From: Octopus sinensis
Taxonomy: Eukaryota
NCBI RefSeq assembly: GCF_006345805.1
Contig: NC_043010.1
Coordinates: 16,430,001 to 16,494,000, forward strand
DNA length: 64,000 nt
Reading direction: 5' to 3'
Shown here: positions 1-13,696 of the stretch, in pieces
Position numbering within the stretch: the stretch's first letter is position 1
How the letters are laid out: every line of letters starts with the position of its first letter
The notes under the pieces: generated by a model
Database searches by the model: none
What the model was told of the DNA's origin: nothing
Seen by the model: the letters and a program-made list of their open reading frames with translations, nothing else
Position numbers and translations under genes: made by a program

Positions 1-118
1 TACTTCTCAAATTATTTGATGTGGCGTACTGGCAGTTTTTTTTTTTACCAATGTGCCAGGGACCGGTAATATTTCTTAGTAATATTCATTTATACCGGAA
101 ATAATATATTTAATCTGT

Positions 119-363
119 TGTGTCTGGGGAGAGTCATTATCTTTTGGTGCCTTATAATTTAACACACTCACCGGTAAAATTTCCACTTATTTCTTATTTA
201 TATTTTCCTAAAACTTTCGTTGCGTCTTGCAACCTTTTCAAGAGTCAAGACTCTTGAAAAAAAGGCAACGAAAGTTTTAGGAAAATAAGAAATAAGTGGA
301 AATTTTACCGGTGGGTGTGTTGAATTATAAAGCACCAAAAGAAAATGACTCTCCCCAGACACA
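119..363. repeat. Fold-back palindrome (~120-bp arms, 2-nt centre at 247-248), probably PLE-derived
   Basis: tgtgtctggggagagtcatt...ttttcaagagtc aa gactcttgaaaa...aatgactctccccagacaca; the arms are near-exact reverse complements with small indels. Confidence 0.85.
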
Positions 364-438
364 ATATGCTTCAACACACGAACTCACATAAAGAATCTTG
401 CAAACCAAATCCAAAAACGAAATATATTTAATGAATAT

Positions 439-1683
439 TGTTACGGTTGGCTAGGTGCATTTCTGGTGACCCACATAGGAATAATGGCACCATAATGTCT
501 AGTAGAAAAGTGACAGTCTTTTGTTTAATGGAGGACTAATGGGTTTTGGAATGACCTGTGACCTTGTGCGGGTGAATTAGGGGTCGCTCTGGACACCCCT
601 TGAATATGTCGTGAGAGAGGATGAGGGGGCAGAGAGGGACAGGCAGAGAGTATGGTAGAGCTGTCAAGAGAGGGTAATAGGCAGCAGGCGATAGAGATAG
701 GCAGTAAGAGAAAAGGGACAGATAGAGAGGGTAATAGGCAGCAGGTGATAGAGATAGGCAGTAAGATCAGAGAGCAGATAGAAAGGCTATAAGCAGTAAG
801 GGACAGATTGAGAATAGAGATAGAGTATAAGGCTAAGAGAGCAGTTAGAAAGGGTATGAGCGATATAGACAGAGGGAGATGAGGTAGTGGAAGTCAGGAC
901 GAGGAGGTGAGGTTTTGGGTAGTTCGCAGTTGGTCGTCAAGAAGGGGCAGTCGTTGAGCGGTCGTCGAAGAACACAGACGGATCTTGCGGTCGCTGGCCG
1001 GTCCTCGAAGAAGACAGACGGACCTTGGATTTAAGGGGCAGGCGTTGGAATTCTTAGGAGCAAGTTGGATGCGAGAAAGCTTGGCGGCACAGAAGGGAAT
1101 TAGCAGTATTCAGAGGAATTAGCAGTATTGAGAGGAATGGGACACTGGCAGATTCAATTAGGAATTGAGGTATGTGTTTGTGCATTGATATGTGTCACGG
1201 TGTATTGAACAGTGAAAAGAACAGTCAAGGACTCTGTCGATGTGGTCGATAAAGGACATTGTGAAGAAGAAGAGTAAAGGACTTGTTGATTGTGATGTTT
1301 AGGAAGAGACTTTAAAGAACTGTGTCTTGGGACGTGTACTCTTGAATTGTTACATGATGTTGTATTATGCTTTGAGTTGTACTCTTGAAATGCTGTTGTA
1401 TTATGTATTGAGTAGTCACGTGCATGCTTTGATGTATCTTGATGTTGTAACAATTGTAATTGTCGTATAAACTGTTGTTTGAATATAAGCCAGTGTTGCC
1501 AGTTGTTGCCTTGCCTCTCTTTGGGTTGTATCTCGGGTTGTGCCTCTGTATCTCTGTGCTGTTGAGGTTGTGGCAGTATCTATCTGCATCTCCTCTCTCC
1601 GCCTCTTTGGGTTCCGTGGCGGAAATTGTGTGTGCCGTTCGGGGCGAGCGACGACGACGGGCGATTCCGTCCGTTCCGTAACA
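439..1683. mobile_element. Solo LTR (TG...CA), Gypsy-like by TSD length
   Basis: Starts tgttacgg (439), ends ccgtaaca (1683): 8-bp inverted termini. Flanked by 4-bp direct repeat ATAT (435-438, 1684-1687). No internal coding region. Confidence 0.8.
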
Positions 1684-1858
1684 ATATGATAAAAGTTGAC
1701 AATTTTTTTTTATCTTATATTTATTTTGTAAACAAATAACACAATATTACATAAGCGTTTTATAGTGCTTCTTTCTTTTCTGGAAACTCGTCGAGTACCG
1801 GCGGCTGATCACCCGTAGACCGGCACCGGTCCGCGGGCCACCACTTTGAGTAGCACTG
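1684..1858. mobile_element. Right end of a hAT-type non-autonomous element hosting the solo LTR
   Basis: Ends ggtccgcgggccaccactttgagtagcactg (reverse complement CAGTGCTACTCAAAGTG, hAT-type TIR); the left end is not in the window. Confidence 0.5.
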
Positions 1859-2236
1859 TACCACATAACATGCGCCGCAAAGTGTTTCCCCGTCTTTCAA
1901 AATCTCGTAATGAACGTCTTTCAAGTGCCAAACTACAGGACCATGTTTACAAAGAAACGTCCACACATCTTTTTTTTTTTTTTTATCCTTGTTTGATTTG
2001 TGTGCTTATTACTAAATTGGTTCCAGCTTAGCAAACCTTAGCACACACACAAGCAAATGTTTTCGTTTGTTGTTTTCCATATACAGGAGCACAAGTTCCA
2101 GCTGAGCTGAGCAAGTCACTGAAGAGTCGAAATAACACCTAAACACAATGTCAGGTGGTCTTCTGTACTCGGTTCGATATGTGTGTGTATGTGTGTGCGT
2201 ACGTGCGTGCATGTATGTATTATGTGCTTGCGCGCA

Positions 2237-2296
<60 letters not shown>

Positions 2297-2302
<6 letters not shown>

Positions 2303-2583
2303 GCATCCTTTTGTCTCGGGAGACAATGTAGTTGCGCATCTGTCACTTTTACAGCAGCACTCAAGTGTCCTCTCCAGTTTTGCGCAGGCCTGGGCTACTT
2401 GTAAGAAAATCCTGAGTAGCCCAATCGTCAGGATTCCTCTCACGACCTTGCTGACGTAGTCCAAAGTAGTGTGAGAAAATTACGTTTGGCACCAGCTTGG
2501 TTGCAGGAGCTGCCAGAAGAGTGTAGAGTCGAACACTAAACTGCCTACGAGGCTCCACTCCGCACTTCTTTGAAGGTTGTCTC
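2297..2583 (-). mobile_element. RTE-derived short element (5'-UTR-like segment joined to an RTE-like 3' end)
   Basis: Minus strand reads ggagtggagcc...gcagctcctgcaaccaagctggtgccaaacgt...gcccaggcctgcgc, then cattgtctcccgagacaaaaggatgccaacaac; resemblance to RTE ends is from recall. Confidence 0.45.
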
Positions 2584-3076
2584 GTGGCTGTCCTGGAAGG
2601 GAAGGTTGTTCCTGCTGTTTAACCCCAGGAAACATCGTTTCCAGTTGGCTATACAGCACAATCTCTGTGTTGCTGGAAACGACTAAACAACACTAGCAAT
2701 CTTCCCTTCCAGGACTGCCACGTTATGTTGGCAAATAGCCTTTACTCTAAAGAACTGTTACTGCAATATCTCTCTCTGGAGAGATTTAGAAATAATAATG
2801 TTTCTATTTATTTAGATTAGTGATTGTGTGTCACTTTGAAAACTATATATTTTCAAACGGTGAGTTCAGCAGCGCCACCTAGTCGAGCAGCTATTCCGTG
2901 CTGAGAAAGGGCAATGACCCAGAAACCGGTCTACAGATGTTGTTTTATTTTGTTCGATAATATAAGGACACAGAGATTGTGCTGTATAACCAGCTGGGAA
3001 CGATGTTTCCTGGGGTTAAACAACAGTAACAATCGTCCTTTCCAGGACAGCCACGTTATGTTGGCAAATACACTTT

Positions 3077-3079
<3 letters not shown>
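2584..3079. repeat. Combined inverted (~85 bp) and direct (~45 bp) repeat structure
   Basis: 2584-2668 is the reverse complement of 2969-3054; ccttccaggactgccacgttatgttggcaaata (~2705) recurs in direct orientation at ~3037. Confidence 0.7.
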
Positions 3080-3125
<46 letters not shown>

Positions 3126-3171
3126 GTATATAAATATGCGCGTGCGTGTGTGTGTGTGACTATGTATGTAC

Positions 3172-3213
<42 letters not shown>

Positions 3214-3639
3214 TATATATTATATATATATATATAGGTATGTGTGCATATGTATGAAACTTATGTAACTGACAGCTGCACAAATATTTCAGAGTTATTA
3301 CATTTTTCGAATATTTATATCGAGAAAATATGTATATCATTGCATGTGTGTGTGTGTGTATAAGTCGTCTAAGCGTCCATAATCCAGGAAAAAAGCACTC
3401 GTATGTCTGTCAACAGAATGGGTATATTATCCGAAGTGTACAGTATTGTATATCCATTACAGCTGATCTTACCAATTGGTTTCGTGCTAAGGATTCAATA
3501 GAATGTTAGCTAAGAATCCGATTATGTAACCCTACGCTCATCAGAGATAGCCGATATGGAATGAAATATGGCGTCGCAACATTAAAACCAAAGGAAACAT
3601 ATGTGCAACAGTGCTTTCCTTGGTCTTAATGTTGTTACT

Positions 3640-4575
3640 TATCTGCTTCTCAAATGTGACGCCCTCATTCTACTGCACTTGTTTTCACTCATCTTCCAAT
3701 CATACCTTAACAGTATTGCCCCTTAGAGTAGTGAGAAATTACCAGTATTATTCCTTGTTCAAAACGGGTGACCGCACATCGCCTGTCAGTTATTGATCAG
3801 TCACTCTCAGCGGTTGTATAGCCAGACTGACGAATTCCTGTGTCAGAGACATCCCGGAATTTTTGGAACTCCCATAACCTTAACTGACCCTCACATTTTG
3901 GAATTCACCTTTGCTCTTGCTTTTGTGACCAAATCATCTTAAAGGCATCACTCAAGTCACAGATGGTCGATTATAGGTACGTGTTATCTATCTCAACTTC
4001 ACCAAGGCCTTTAATTCTGTGCTACACGAACGATTTGTGGCGAAGTTCTCTGCAATGGGTGTGAGGGCTAATCTTTATAACCAGATGAAGCCCGTCATTC
4101 TTGGCGAAAAAGAGGTCGTTACCTTGATAGGACAACACTCTTCACCTTACGCGACACCATTTGATGTCCCACAGAGATCTATTCTTGGTCTTCTATTATT
4201 TGTTGCCTGCATTAATGAATTAGATGTCAACTTGGAACATATTACTGTATTAATATACACAGACAACATTAAGTTGTACGTTGAGATAAAAAGAACAGAT
4301 TCTTCGAGTATAGCTCTTGCCCACATTCTGGCCTAGACTCGATGCTGCAATACGTTGCAGACTAGCAGCTCAAACTGTCTGTAGACAAGTGTACTACTCT
4401 ACATTTTGGGAGGGAATTCTCCCACTTCATCCACAACACCAACCTTAAGCAGTCTGCCAGTGAACATGACCTTGGCACTACGGTCAACAATGATCTGTGG
4501 TGGACGAACCACAATACTAAAATAGTCAAAAGGATCGAAGATGTCTTAGCATCACTCAATAAGATCTTTGTCAGC
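3640..4575 (+). pseudogene. Decayed CR1-clade LINE reverse transcriptase
   Basis: Motifs LFKTGDRTSPVSY (LFKKGD..NYRP), tatctcaacttcaccaaggcctttaat (YLDFSKAFD), VPQRSILGLLLF (VPQGSVLGPLLF), YTDNIKLY (YADD); stops and frameshifts present. Confidence 0.8.
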
Positions 4576-5294
4576 CTTTGTCTCCGATTCTCTCTCTCTC
4601 TCTCACTCTTTCTCCCTCTTCTCCAAGTAAGTTTTTATTTGAATAATCATGACGCGCACTCTTACTCTTTACTTGACCTTTCCTCCCTGCCTATCTGTCT
4701 TCCTCTCTACTTGTCTCTCTCCTTCTTATTTTTCACCCTTTCTGGTTTCTTCCCCCCTCTCTCTCTCCTCCTCCTCTCTCTGGCCGTTGACCAGAGGGCT
4801 ACTAAAACTTTCTTTCAGCTTCGTGCTTCAACAAGCACACATCGACTTCCCTGTCTTTCGCAAGCCGATTTTTCTCATGCGTTCTAACTAATTTTTCCAC
4901 CGTCTAGGACTAAAAAAAGCCCTTATTGTTGGTTCCCTGTCCTGTTATTCTTTATTTGTGCTGTTTTTCCTACTGTTTTTTCTTCATTTGTATTGCTTTT
5001 ACGTCCTGTTCTTGCCACTTGTTTTACCCCTCTGCAAAAGAATTTTACTTAATTCCTTTTGCAGGAAGGACTGCCGTGTTTCTGCCCTTACCTTCGAAAC
5101 ACGCATTGAGCCGAACCAGGGGCAGCTGTGAAGGGGAATTTTCCCTGTATTGTTGTCCTGTACTCTGTTTTTTCGTTGTTGAAAAAAAAAAGGTCCGTTT
5201 CCTCCTTTGGTTTGATTTTATGTTTTCGTTTCTCGTTGTGTTCTACGTTTATTTGTGGTGTCCTGTACTCATATAATATATATATTATACTATA

Positions 5295-5347
<53 letters not shown>

Positions 5348-5626
5348 ATAATATATATATCTATATGTATATATATATATATATATATAACATGTATATA
5401 TACATGTAGATGTAAGTATGTACATATATGTAGTTATATGCATATATTTTTTTATTTATTATATTGTTTTAATATATATATATATATATATCTGTATATA
5501 TATATATATATAGAATATATATATACACATATACATGTATATACATACAACATACTATATATCTATATATATATATATATATATCTATACATGTACATAC
5601 ATACCTACATACATATACATGTATAT

Positions 5627-5662
<36 letters not shown>

Positions 5663-5694
5663 ATAATATATATAATATTATATATATATATATC

Positions 5695-5734
<40 letters not shown>

Positions 5735-6075
5735 GAGGTTCTATCTGTAAAGCTGTTTATAATGAGAGATCCGCAAGCAATCTGTGCTGCCAATGTGTGC
5801 TAGAATGGTCGCTCTGGAAGTAGAGAAAAATAACAAAATGATAGGCAAAGACAGATATACACACACACATGCACACGTCCACATACACACATATACGCGC
5901 ACACACACACATCCTCATACACACACACAAGCGCATATACATACATATACACAAATGCTTACGACATACTCAAACATAAGCACATGCTCACACACGTGTG
6001 CATACACATACAAACGCACACGCACACGCACCACGTACGCACAGATATACACGCACAAGCATACATACACACGCG

Positions 6076-6131
<56 letters not shown>

Positions 6132-6228
6132 CATGCATACCCATACATACACACATCCATCTCTTCCTATTATTCTCTTTTCTCCTCCTCCTCCTCCTTC
6201 TCAACTCCCCTCCACCTCCCCTTCCTGT

Positions 6229-6793
6229 AGTTTCTCTTTGTTTTCTCTCCGCCGCCCTTTTTAATCTTCGAACACACCCCCCTCACTTCCCTTATTTTAC
6301 CCCCCACCCACCCCCACTACTCTTAACTATTTTCTCATTTCCTCTTTTTTTTCTTTCTTTCTCTTATTCATTACTTTCTCTCTCTCTCATCTCTCTCTAT
6401 CTCCTCTCCTGTCTTCCATCCTCTTGTCTCCCCTTTTGCCCCTCACTCACTACTTATCTTCCCCTCACCCACCTCTCCTATCTTTCTTCCTCACTAAATC
6501 TCCTCTCTCACTCCTGTCCCCTCTCTCACTATATATATATAACTTCCTCCTCCTTCGCCCCTTACACTTTAATCTCTCTCTCTCTCTTAACAGCCTCACT
6601 TAAAATCCCCGACACTCTTCCCATTCCCCTCCTATAACTTTCTCCTCTCTCTATTTCCCTCATTTTATCATTTGTATACTTGCTTTTTCCTTAACTTCCC
6701 CTTCCCTCTCTACATACGTATGTTATATGTATATGTTATATATATATATATATATATATATACTATATATATATATATATAGTATATATATAT

Positions 6794-6830
<37 letters not shown>

Positions 6831-7191
6831 TATAAGTATATATATGTGTGTGTATGTATGTGTATTTGTATATGTAGATATATATGTGTGTATGTATATG
6901 TATATATTACACACAATACAATTATATGTGTGTGTTATAAGTATATATACATATTATGTGTGTGTGTGTGTGTGTATGTATATTATATATATATACATAT
7001 TATACCACATGTTATAAGTATATATATAGAATATATAGTATGTGTATGTTATAACACACACACACCACATTATATATATATATGTAGACATGATATATAT
7101 ATATAGTATATATCCTCATTCATCCATTCCCTCCATCCCTCCATCCAGCCATCTATCCAGCTCCTCCGTCAGTCTATCTGTCTGTCCTCCT

Positions 7192-7238
<47 letters not shown>

Positions 7239-8088
7239 GTGTGGGCCTCTCTCTCTACTGTTTATCAGTTTCTTTTCCAGTCCATCCCGCCCCTCTCTCT
7301 CTCTCTCCCTCTATCACTTCCACTACCACACTTCCCCCCTTTCTCTCACAGATTACCACATGCACGCACGCACACTTCTTACTGCCCACATACACCTAAT
7401 GCACACACACACAAACAGTTGTTCCCTAATGTTTGCCGTTTAAATAACAACTCCACAGTTTTCGCCAAGTGGCAAATTGTTTCTCTGTTGTTATTTCGCT
7501 GTCGGTGCCAGCTTTGGCCTGCCATTGCTTGCCATCCTAACGTCGGCTGGTTCGCTTCCTCTCGCATCTGTCAAAAATCTATCCACGTTACCACATCACA
7601 GCCAATAATGCTGCGGATTCAGCTCATACAAAGTGGTCTGTAAGTAACCTTTATGAATATCACTACAGCTTTTCCTGTTGTTCTTCTTGTTCTTCTCATT
7701 GTTGCCGACTTGTTGAGGGAGACAGGAAGCAGGTCGGAACCCATAGTCGAGCAACCCGTGTTTAGTTTTGCCTCACTTGATTTTGTTTTCGAATTCCACC
7801 CACGACCAGCTTCTTACATTTCCTCCGCTGAAAGTCTTGCTATATACATACATACATTAACATACATACATACATACATACATACATACATACATACATA
7901 CATACATGCATACATACACGCATACATACACACACACATATACATACATACATCACACATAATACATACATGCACACACACACATACACAGACATATACA
8001 TAATATGCGCGCGCCACACACACACACCATAGAGATATAGATATACACACATACACGCGCACTCGCGCGCGACACACACACCCCACAC
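6229..8088. repeat. Copy 1 of a ~1.9-kb direct duplication left of an assembly gap
   Basis: Near-identical to 8189-~10035 at an offset of 1946 in the core (ORF 7653 vs 9599). Confidence 0.95.
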
Positions 8089-8188
8089 NNNNNNNNNNNN
8101 NNNNNNNNNNNNNNNNNNNNNNNNNNNNNNNNNNNNNNNNNNNNNNNNNNNNNNNNNNNNNNNNNNNNNNNNNNNNNNNNNNNNNNNN
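8089..8188. other. Assembly gap, 100 N
   Basis: Run of exactly 100 N. Confidence 1.
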
Positions 8189-8329
8189 AGTTTCTCTTTG
8201 TTTTCTCTCCGCTCCTTTTTAATCTTCGAACACAACCCCACCCTCACTTCCCTTATTTCTACCCCCCACCCCCCGACTCTTAATCTATTTCTCATTTCCT
8301 CTTTTTTTCTTTCTCTTTATTCATTACTT

Positions 8330-8360
<31 letters not shown>

Positions 8361-8739
8361 CATCCTATCTTGTCTCCCCTTTTGCCCCTCACTCACTACT
8401 TATCTTCCCCTCACCCCACCTCTCCTATCTTTCTTCCTCACTAAATCTCCTCTCTCACTCCTGTCCCCTCTCTCACTATATATATATAACTTCCTCCTCC
8501 TTCGCCCCTTTACACTTTAATCTCTCTCTCTCTCTTAACAGCCTCACTTAAAATCCCCGACACTCTTCCCATTCCCCTCCTATAACTTTCTCCTCTCTCT
8601 ATTTCCCTCTTTTATCATTTGTTACTTGCTTTTTCCTTAACTTCCCCTTCCCTCTCTACATACGTATGTTATATGTATATGTTATATATATATATATATA
8701 TATATATACTATATATATATATATATAGTATATATATAT

Positions 8740-8776
<37 letters not shown>

Positions 8777-9137
8777 TATAAGTATATATATGTGTGTGTA
8801 TGTATGTGTATTTGTATATGTAGATATATATGTGTGTATGTATATGTATATATTACACACAATACAATTATATGTGTGTGTTATAAGTATATATACATAT
8901 TATGTGTGTGTGTGTGTGTGTATGTATATTATATATATATACATATTATACCACATGTTATAAGTATATATATAGAATATATAGTATGTGTATGTTATAA
9001 CACACACACACCACATTATATATATATATGTAGACATGATATATATATATAGTATATATCCTCATTCATCCATTCCCTCCATCCCTCCATCCAGCCATCT
9101 ATCCAGCTCCTCCGTCAGTCTATCTGTCTGTCCTCCT

Positions 9138-9184
<47 letters not shown>

Positions 9185-10035
9185 GTGTGGGCCTCTCTCT
9201 CTACTGTTTATCAGTTTCTTTTCCAGTCCATCCCGCCCCTCTCTCTCTCTCTCCCTCTATCACTTCCACTACCACACTTCCCCCCTTTCTCTCACAGATT
9301 ACCACATGCACGCACGCACACTTCTTACTGCCCACATACACCTAATGCACACACACACAAACAGTTGTTCCCTAATGTTTGCCGTTTAAATAACAACTCC
9401 ACAGTTTTCGCCAAGTGGCAAATTGTTTCTCTGTTGTTATTTCGCTGTCGGTGCCAGCTTTGGCCTGCCATTGCTTGCCATCCTAACGTCGGCTGGTTCG
9501 CTTCCTCTCGCATCTGTCAAAAATCTATCCACGTTACCACATCACAGCCAATAATGCTGCGGATTCAGCTCATACAAAGTGGTCTGTAAGTAACCTTTAT
9601 GAATATCACTACAGCTTTTCCTGTTGTTCTTCTTGTTCTTCTCATTGTTGCCGACTTGTTGAGGGAGACAGGAAGCAGGTCGGAACCCATAGTCGAGCAA
9701 CCCGTGTTTAGTTTTGCCTCACTTGATTTTGTTTTCGAATTCCACCCACGACCAGCTTCTTACATTTCCTCCGCTGAAGTCTTGCTATATAAATACATAC
9801 ATTAACATACATACATACATACATACATACATACATACATACATACATACATGCATACATACACGCATACATACACACACACATATACATACATACATTC
9901 ACACATACATACATACATGCACACACACACATACACAGACATATACATAATATGCGCGCGCACACACACACACACATAGAGATATAGATATACACACATA
10001 CACGCGCACTCGCGCGCACACACACACACACACGC
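8189..10035. repeat. Copy 2 of the ~1.9-kb duplication
   Basis: Begins immediately after the gap and repeats 6229 onward. Confidence 0.95.
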
Positions 10036-10497
10036 ACACAGATATAGAAACACACACCACGCGCACTCGTACAGAAATACACACAGGCACACACACACGT
10101 GTAGAAATATAGATACACACACATACACGCGAGCTCTCTCTCTTACACACGCGCACAAACAAACACATATAGAGATATAGAAACACACACATGCGCGCGC
10201 ACTCGCACACACTCACTCCCTCACACACACTCACTCCCTCACACACACAAACTTAAGAATGTTTATAGGGTCCAAAATATGTCTTCGTGGTCGCCTTTCA
10301 AACTTAAGCAATACCAGTGGACTTCGACGCACTGGTTATTTGTCATGCAATTTCAATTATATACGTGTAAATGGTGGTGGTGGTGGTGGCGGGGGGGTGT
10401 TTTGGACTGGAACCAGTCATTGGACTGCGGCCATACTATAGTAACTCGACCCACGTGTCAACAGATATCCGAGTTGCGTTAGCAAAGTTTCAGTATG

Positions 10498-10655
<158 letters not shown>

Positions 10656-10712
10656 GTGTGTGTGTATATAATTATATATATATATATACATATGTAAGTG
10701 CGTGTGTGTGTA

Positions 10713-10755
<43 letters not shown>

Positions 10756-10899
10756 TATATATATATATATATATATGCATATATGTATGAATATATACAT
10801 AATGTTACAGAGAAATAAAGCTTGATATTAGATGTTCTGTGCAACAATGCAATAAAGTGCCCCCTGTCTATGTAGATAGAAATAAATAAGTACGTACAC

Positions 10900-12630
10900 G
10901 CGCTCGCTTGCATACATACATACATACATACATACAAACATACATACATATATACAAACATACATACATACATACAAACATACATACATACAAACATACA
11001 TACAAACATACATACACACATACATACATACAAACATACATACAAACATACATACATACACACATACATACATACATACATACATACATACAAACATACA
11101 TACAAACATACATACATACATACACACATATATACATACATAGATACATACATACACACATATATACATACATACATACATACATACACACATACATACA
11201 TACAAACATACATACATACACACATACATACATAAAAACATATACATACAAAAAAAAGACATCATACATAGATACATACATACATACATACATACATACA
11301 CATACATACATCATACATACATACATACATACATACATACATACATACATACACACCTACATACATACATACATACATACAAAATACATACATACATACA
11401 TACATACATACATACATACATACATACACACATATAATACATACATACATACATACATACATACACACATACATACATACATACATACATACAAACATAC
11501 ATACAAACATACATACATACATACACACATATATACATACATACATACATACATACACACATATATACATACATACATACATACACACATACATACATAC
11601 AAACATACATACATACACACATACATACATACAAACATACATACATACATACATACACACATATATACATACATACATACATACATACACACATACATAC
11701 ATACAAACATACATACATACACACATACATACATACAAACATACATACATACATAGATACACACATACATACATACATAATACATACATACACACATCCA
11801 TACCTACAAACATACATACATACATATATACAACACATACATACATACATACATACATACACACATACATACATACATACATACATAACAAACAAACATA
11901 CAAACAAACATACATACATACTACACAATATATAACATACATACATCATACACACATATATACATACATACATACATACATACATACAAACATACATACA
12001 AAACATACATACATACCTACACACATATATACATACACATACATACACACATATACACAATATACATACATTACATACATACATACATACTACATACATA
12101 CATACATACAAACATACATACCATACATATACATACATACCACAAAATACAAACATACATACATACATACACACATATATACATACATACAAACATACAT
12201 ACATACACACATACATACATACAAACATACATACATACACACACACATACATACATACATACATACATACATACATACATACATACATACATACATACAT
12301 ACAAACATACATACATACATAGATACACACATACATACATACATACATACATACATCATACACACATACATACATACATACATACACACATAATACATAC
12401 ATACAAACAAACATACATACATACATACATACATACAAATATACATACAAACATACATACATACAAACATACAAACATACATACATACATACATACAAAC
12501 ATACATACATACATACAAACATACAAACATACATACATACATACATACATACATACATACATACATACACACATACACACACACACATACATACATACAT
12601 ACATACATACATACATACATACATACATAA
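10900..12630. repeat. ~1.7-kb imperfect (TACA)n microsatellite
   Basis: Directly visible; source of the MYVC/HTYI pseudo-ORFs. Confidence 0.98.
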
Positions 12631-12748
12631 TATTTAACAATTATCTTTTACTTGTTTCTGTCATTCCACTGCGGCCAGGCTGGGGAAAGCGCCTTGCAGT
12701 GTGTAATATACATTTATATGCGTAGAGAACGAAGGACTCATTGATCGT

Positions 12749-12868
12749 CGGCTTACATCTGTTTCCGCTATAGGATGCAGTTGACTCAAAGTTGAGTCCT
12801 TGAAAGCTGTTAGTCAGAAACTCAAGTACGAATTCACCGCATTCCTTAGCGGAAACAGCTGTAAGCTA
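12749..12868. repeat. Short fold-back with a hammerhead 3' half-motif (GAAAC AGCU GUA)
   Basis: gcttacatctgtttccgctatagg pairs with ccttagcggaaacagctgtaagc; no CUGANGA found. Confidence 0.6.
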
Positions 12869-12944
12869 ATGAAGTTCATTAGATAATCCTTTACTCCGGC
12901 TTCGGGCTCACGTGCCAGGGATACGTAAATGCACCCATTAAACT

Positions 12945-13085
12945 CTCAGAGTGGTTGGCGTTAGGAAGGGCATCGAGCTGTAGAAAACCACGCCATATCG
13001 GATTGGAGTCTGGTACAGCCTTCCACCTTACCAGCCCAGAGAAACCGTCCAGCTCATGCCAGCAATGGACATTAAATGATAATGA
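12945..13085 (+). mobile_element. SINE 3' module (gagtggttggcgttaggaagggcatc...ggacgttaaatgatgatg family)
   Basis: Same module recurs at ~17050-17205 and ~31905-32060, with a (GAT)n tail. Confidence 0.65.
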
Positions 13086-13139
13086 TACACACACACACAC
13101 ACAAAATACATCCAAGACTTGGACCCCGTGCCATCCGTC

Positions 13140-13470
13140 CACAACAAAAATCTAAATCGCATCTCATAACAACAATACGGCACAATTATTTCACCTCAAT
13201 TGGACCCGCTCTCTTCAACATCACACCAGGACACGTCAAAACAGAAACTGACCACACAAAATTCAAGAAGTCCTTGGACAAATTCCTTCAAACAGTTCCG
13301 GACAAACCACCCACACCACACCCGGATATGTCCCTCAAAACAATAACTCTCTGCTCGAATGGGCCTTGGTGCCCAAATCCTGAATTGAAAGACTTCGCCA
13401 GGTGGTGCTATTAAGTTAGACATGGCATGGGCCAATACTGGCTAAAACCTTTCTAAGTTATTCTAAGTTA
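13140..13470 (+). mobile_element. CR1/L2-group LINE 3' end
   Basis: GPALFNITP...FKKSLDKFLQTVPDKP resembles the GPRLFNSLP...FK..LDKFL..IPD.P C-terminus; short tandem tail ttctaagtta x2. Confidence 0.65.
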
Positions 13471-13478
13471 TTATTCTT

Positions 13479-13538
<60 letters not shown>

Positions 13539-13657
13539 CATATATATTATATATATACATGCATATATATATATATATATACATGCATATATATATATAT
13601 ATGTATAATACATATATAATATATAGATATACATATATATATATTATATATATATAG

Positions 13658-13688
<31 letters not shown>

Positions 13689-13696
13689 CACACACA

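Noticed and set aside
10755-12640. Long ORFs up to 437 aa (MYVC/HTYI repeats)
   Set aside because: Translations of (TACA)n, which lacks stop codons in several frames; the same applies to the IYIY, CVCV, LSLS and HTHT ORFs throughout the window.
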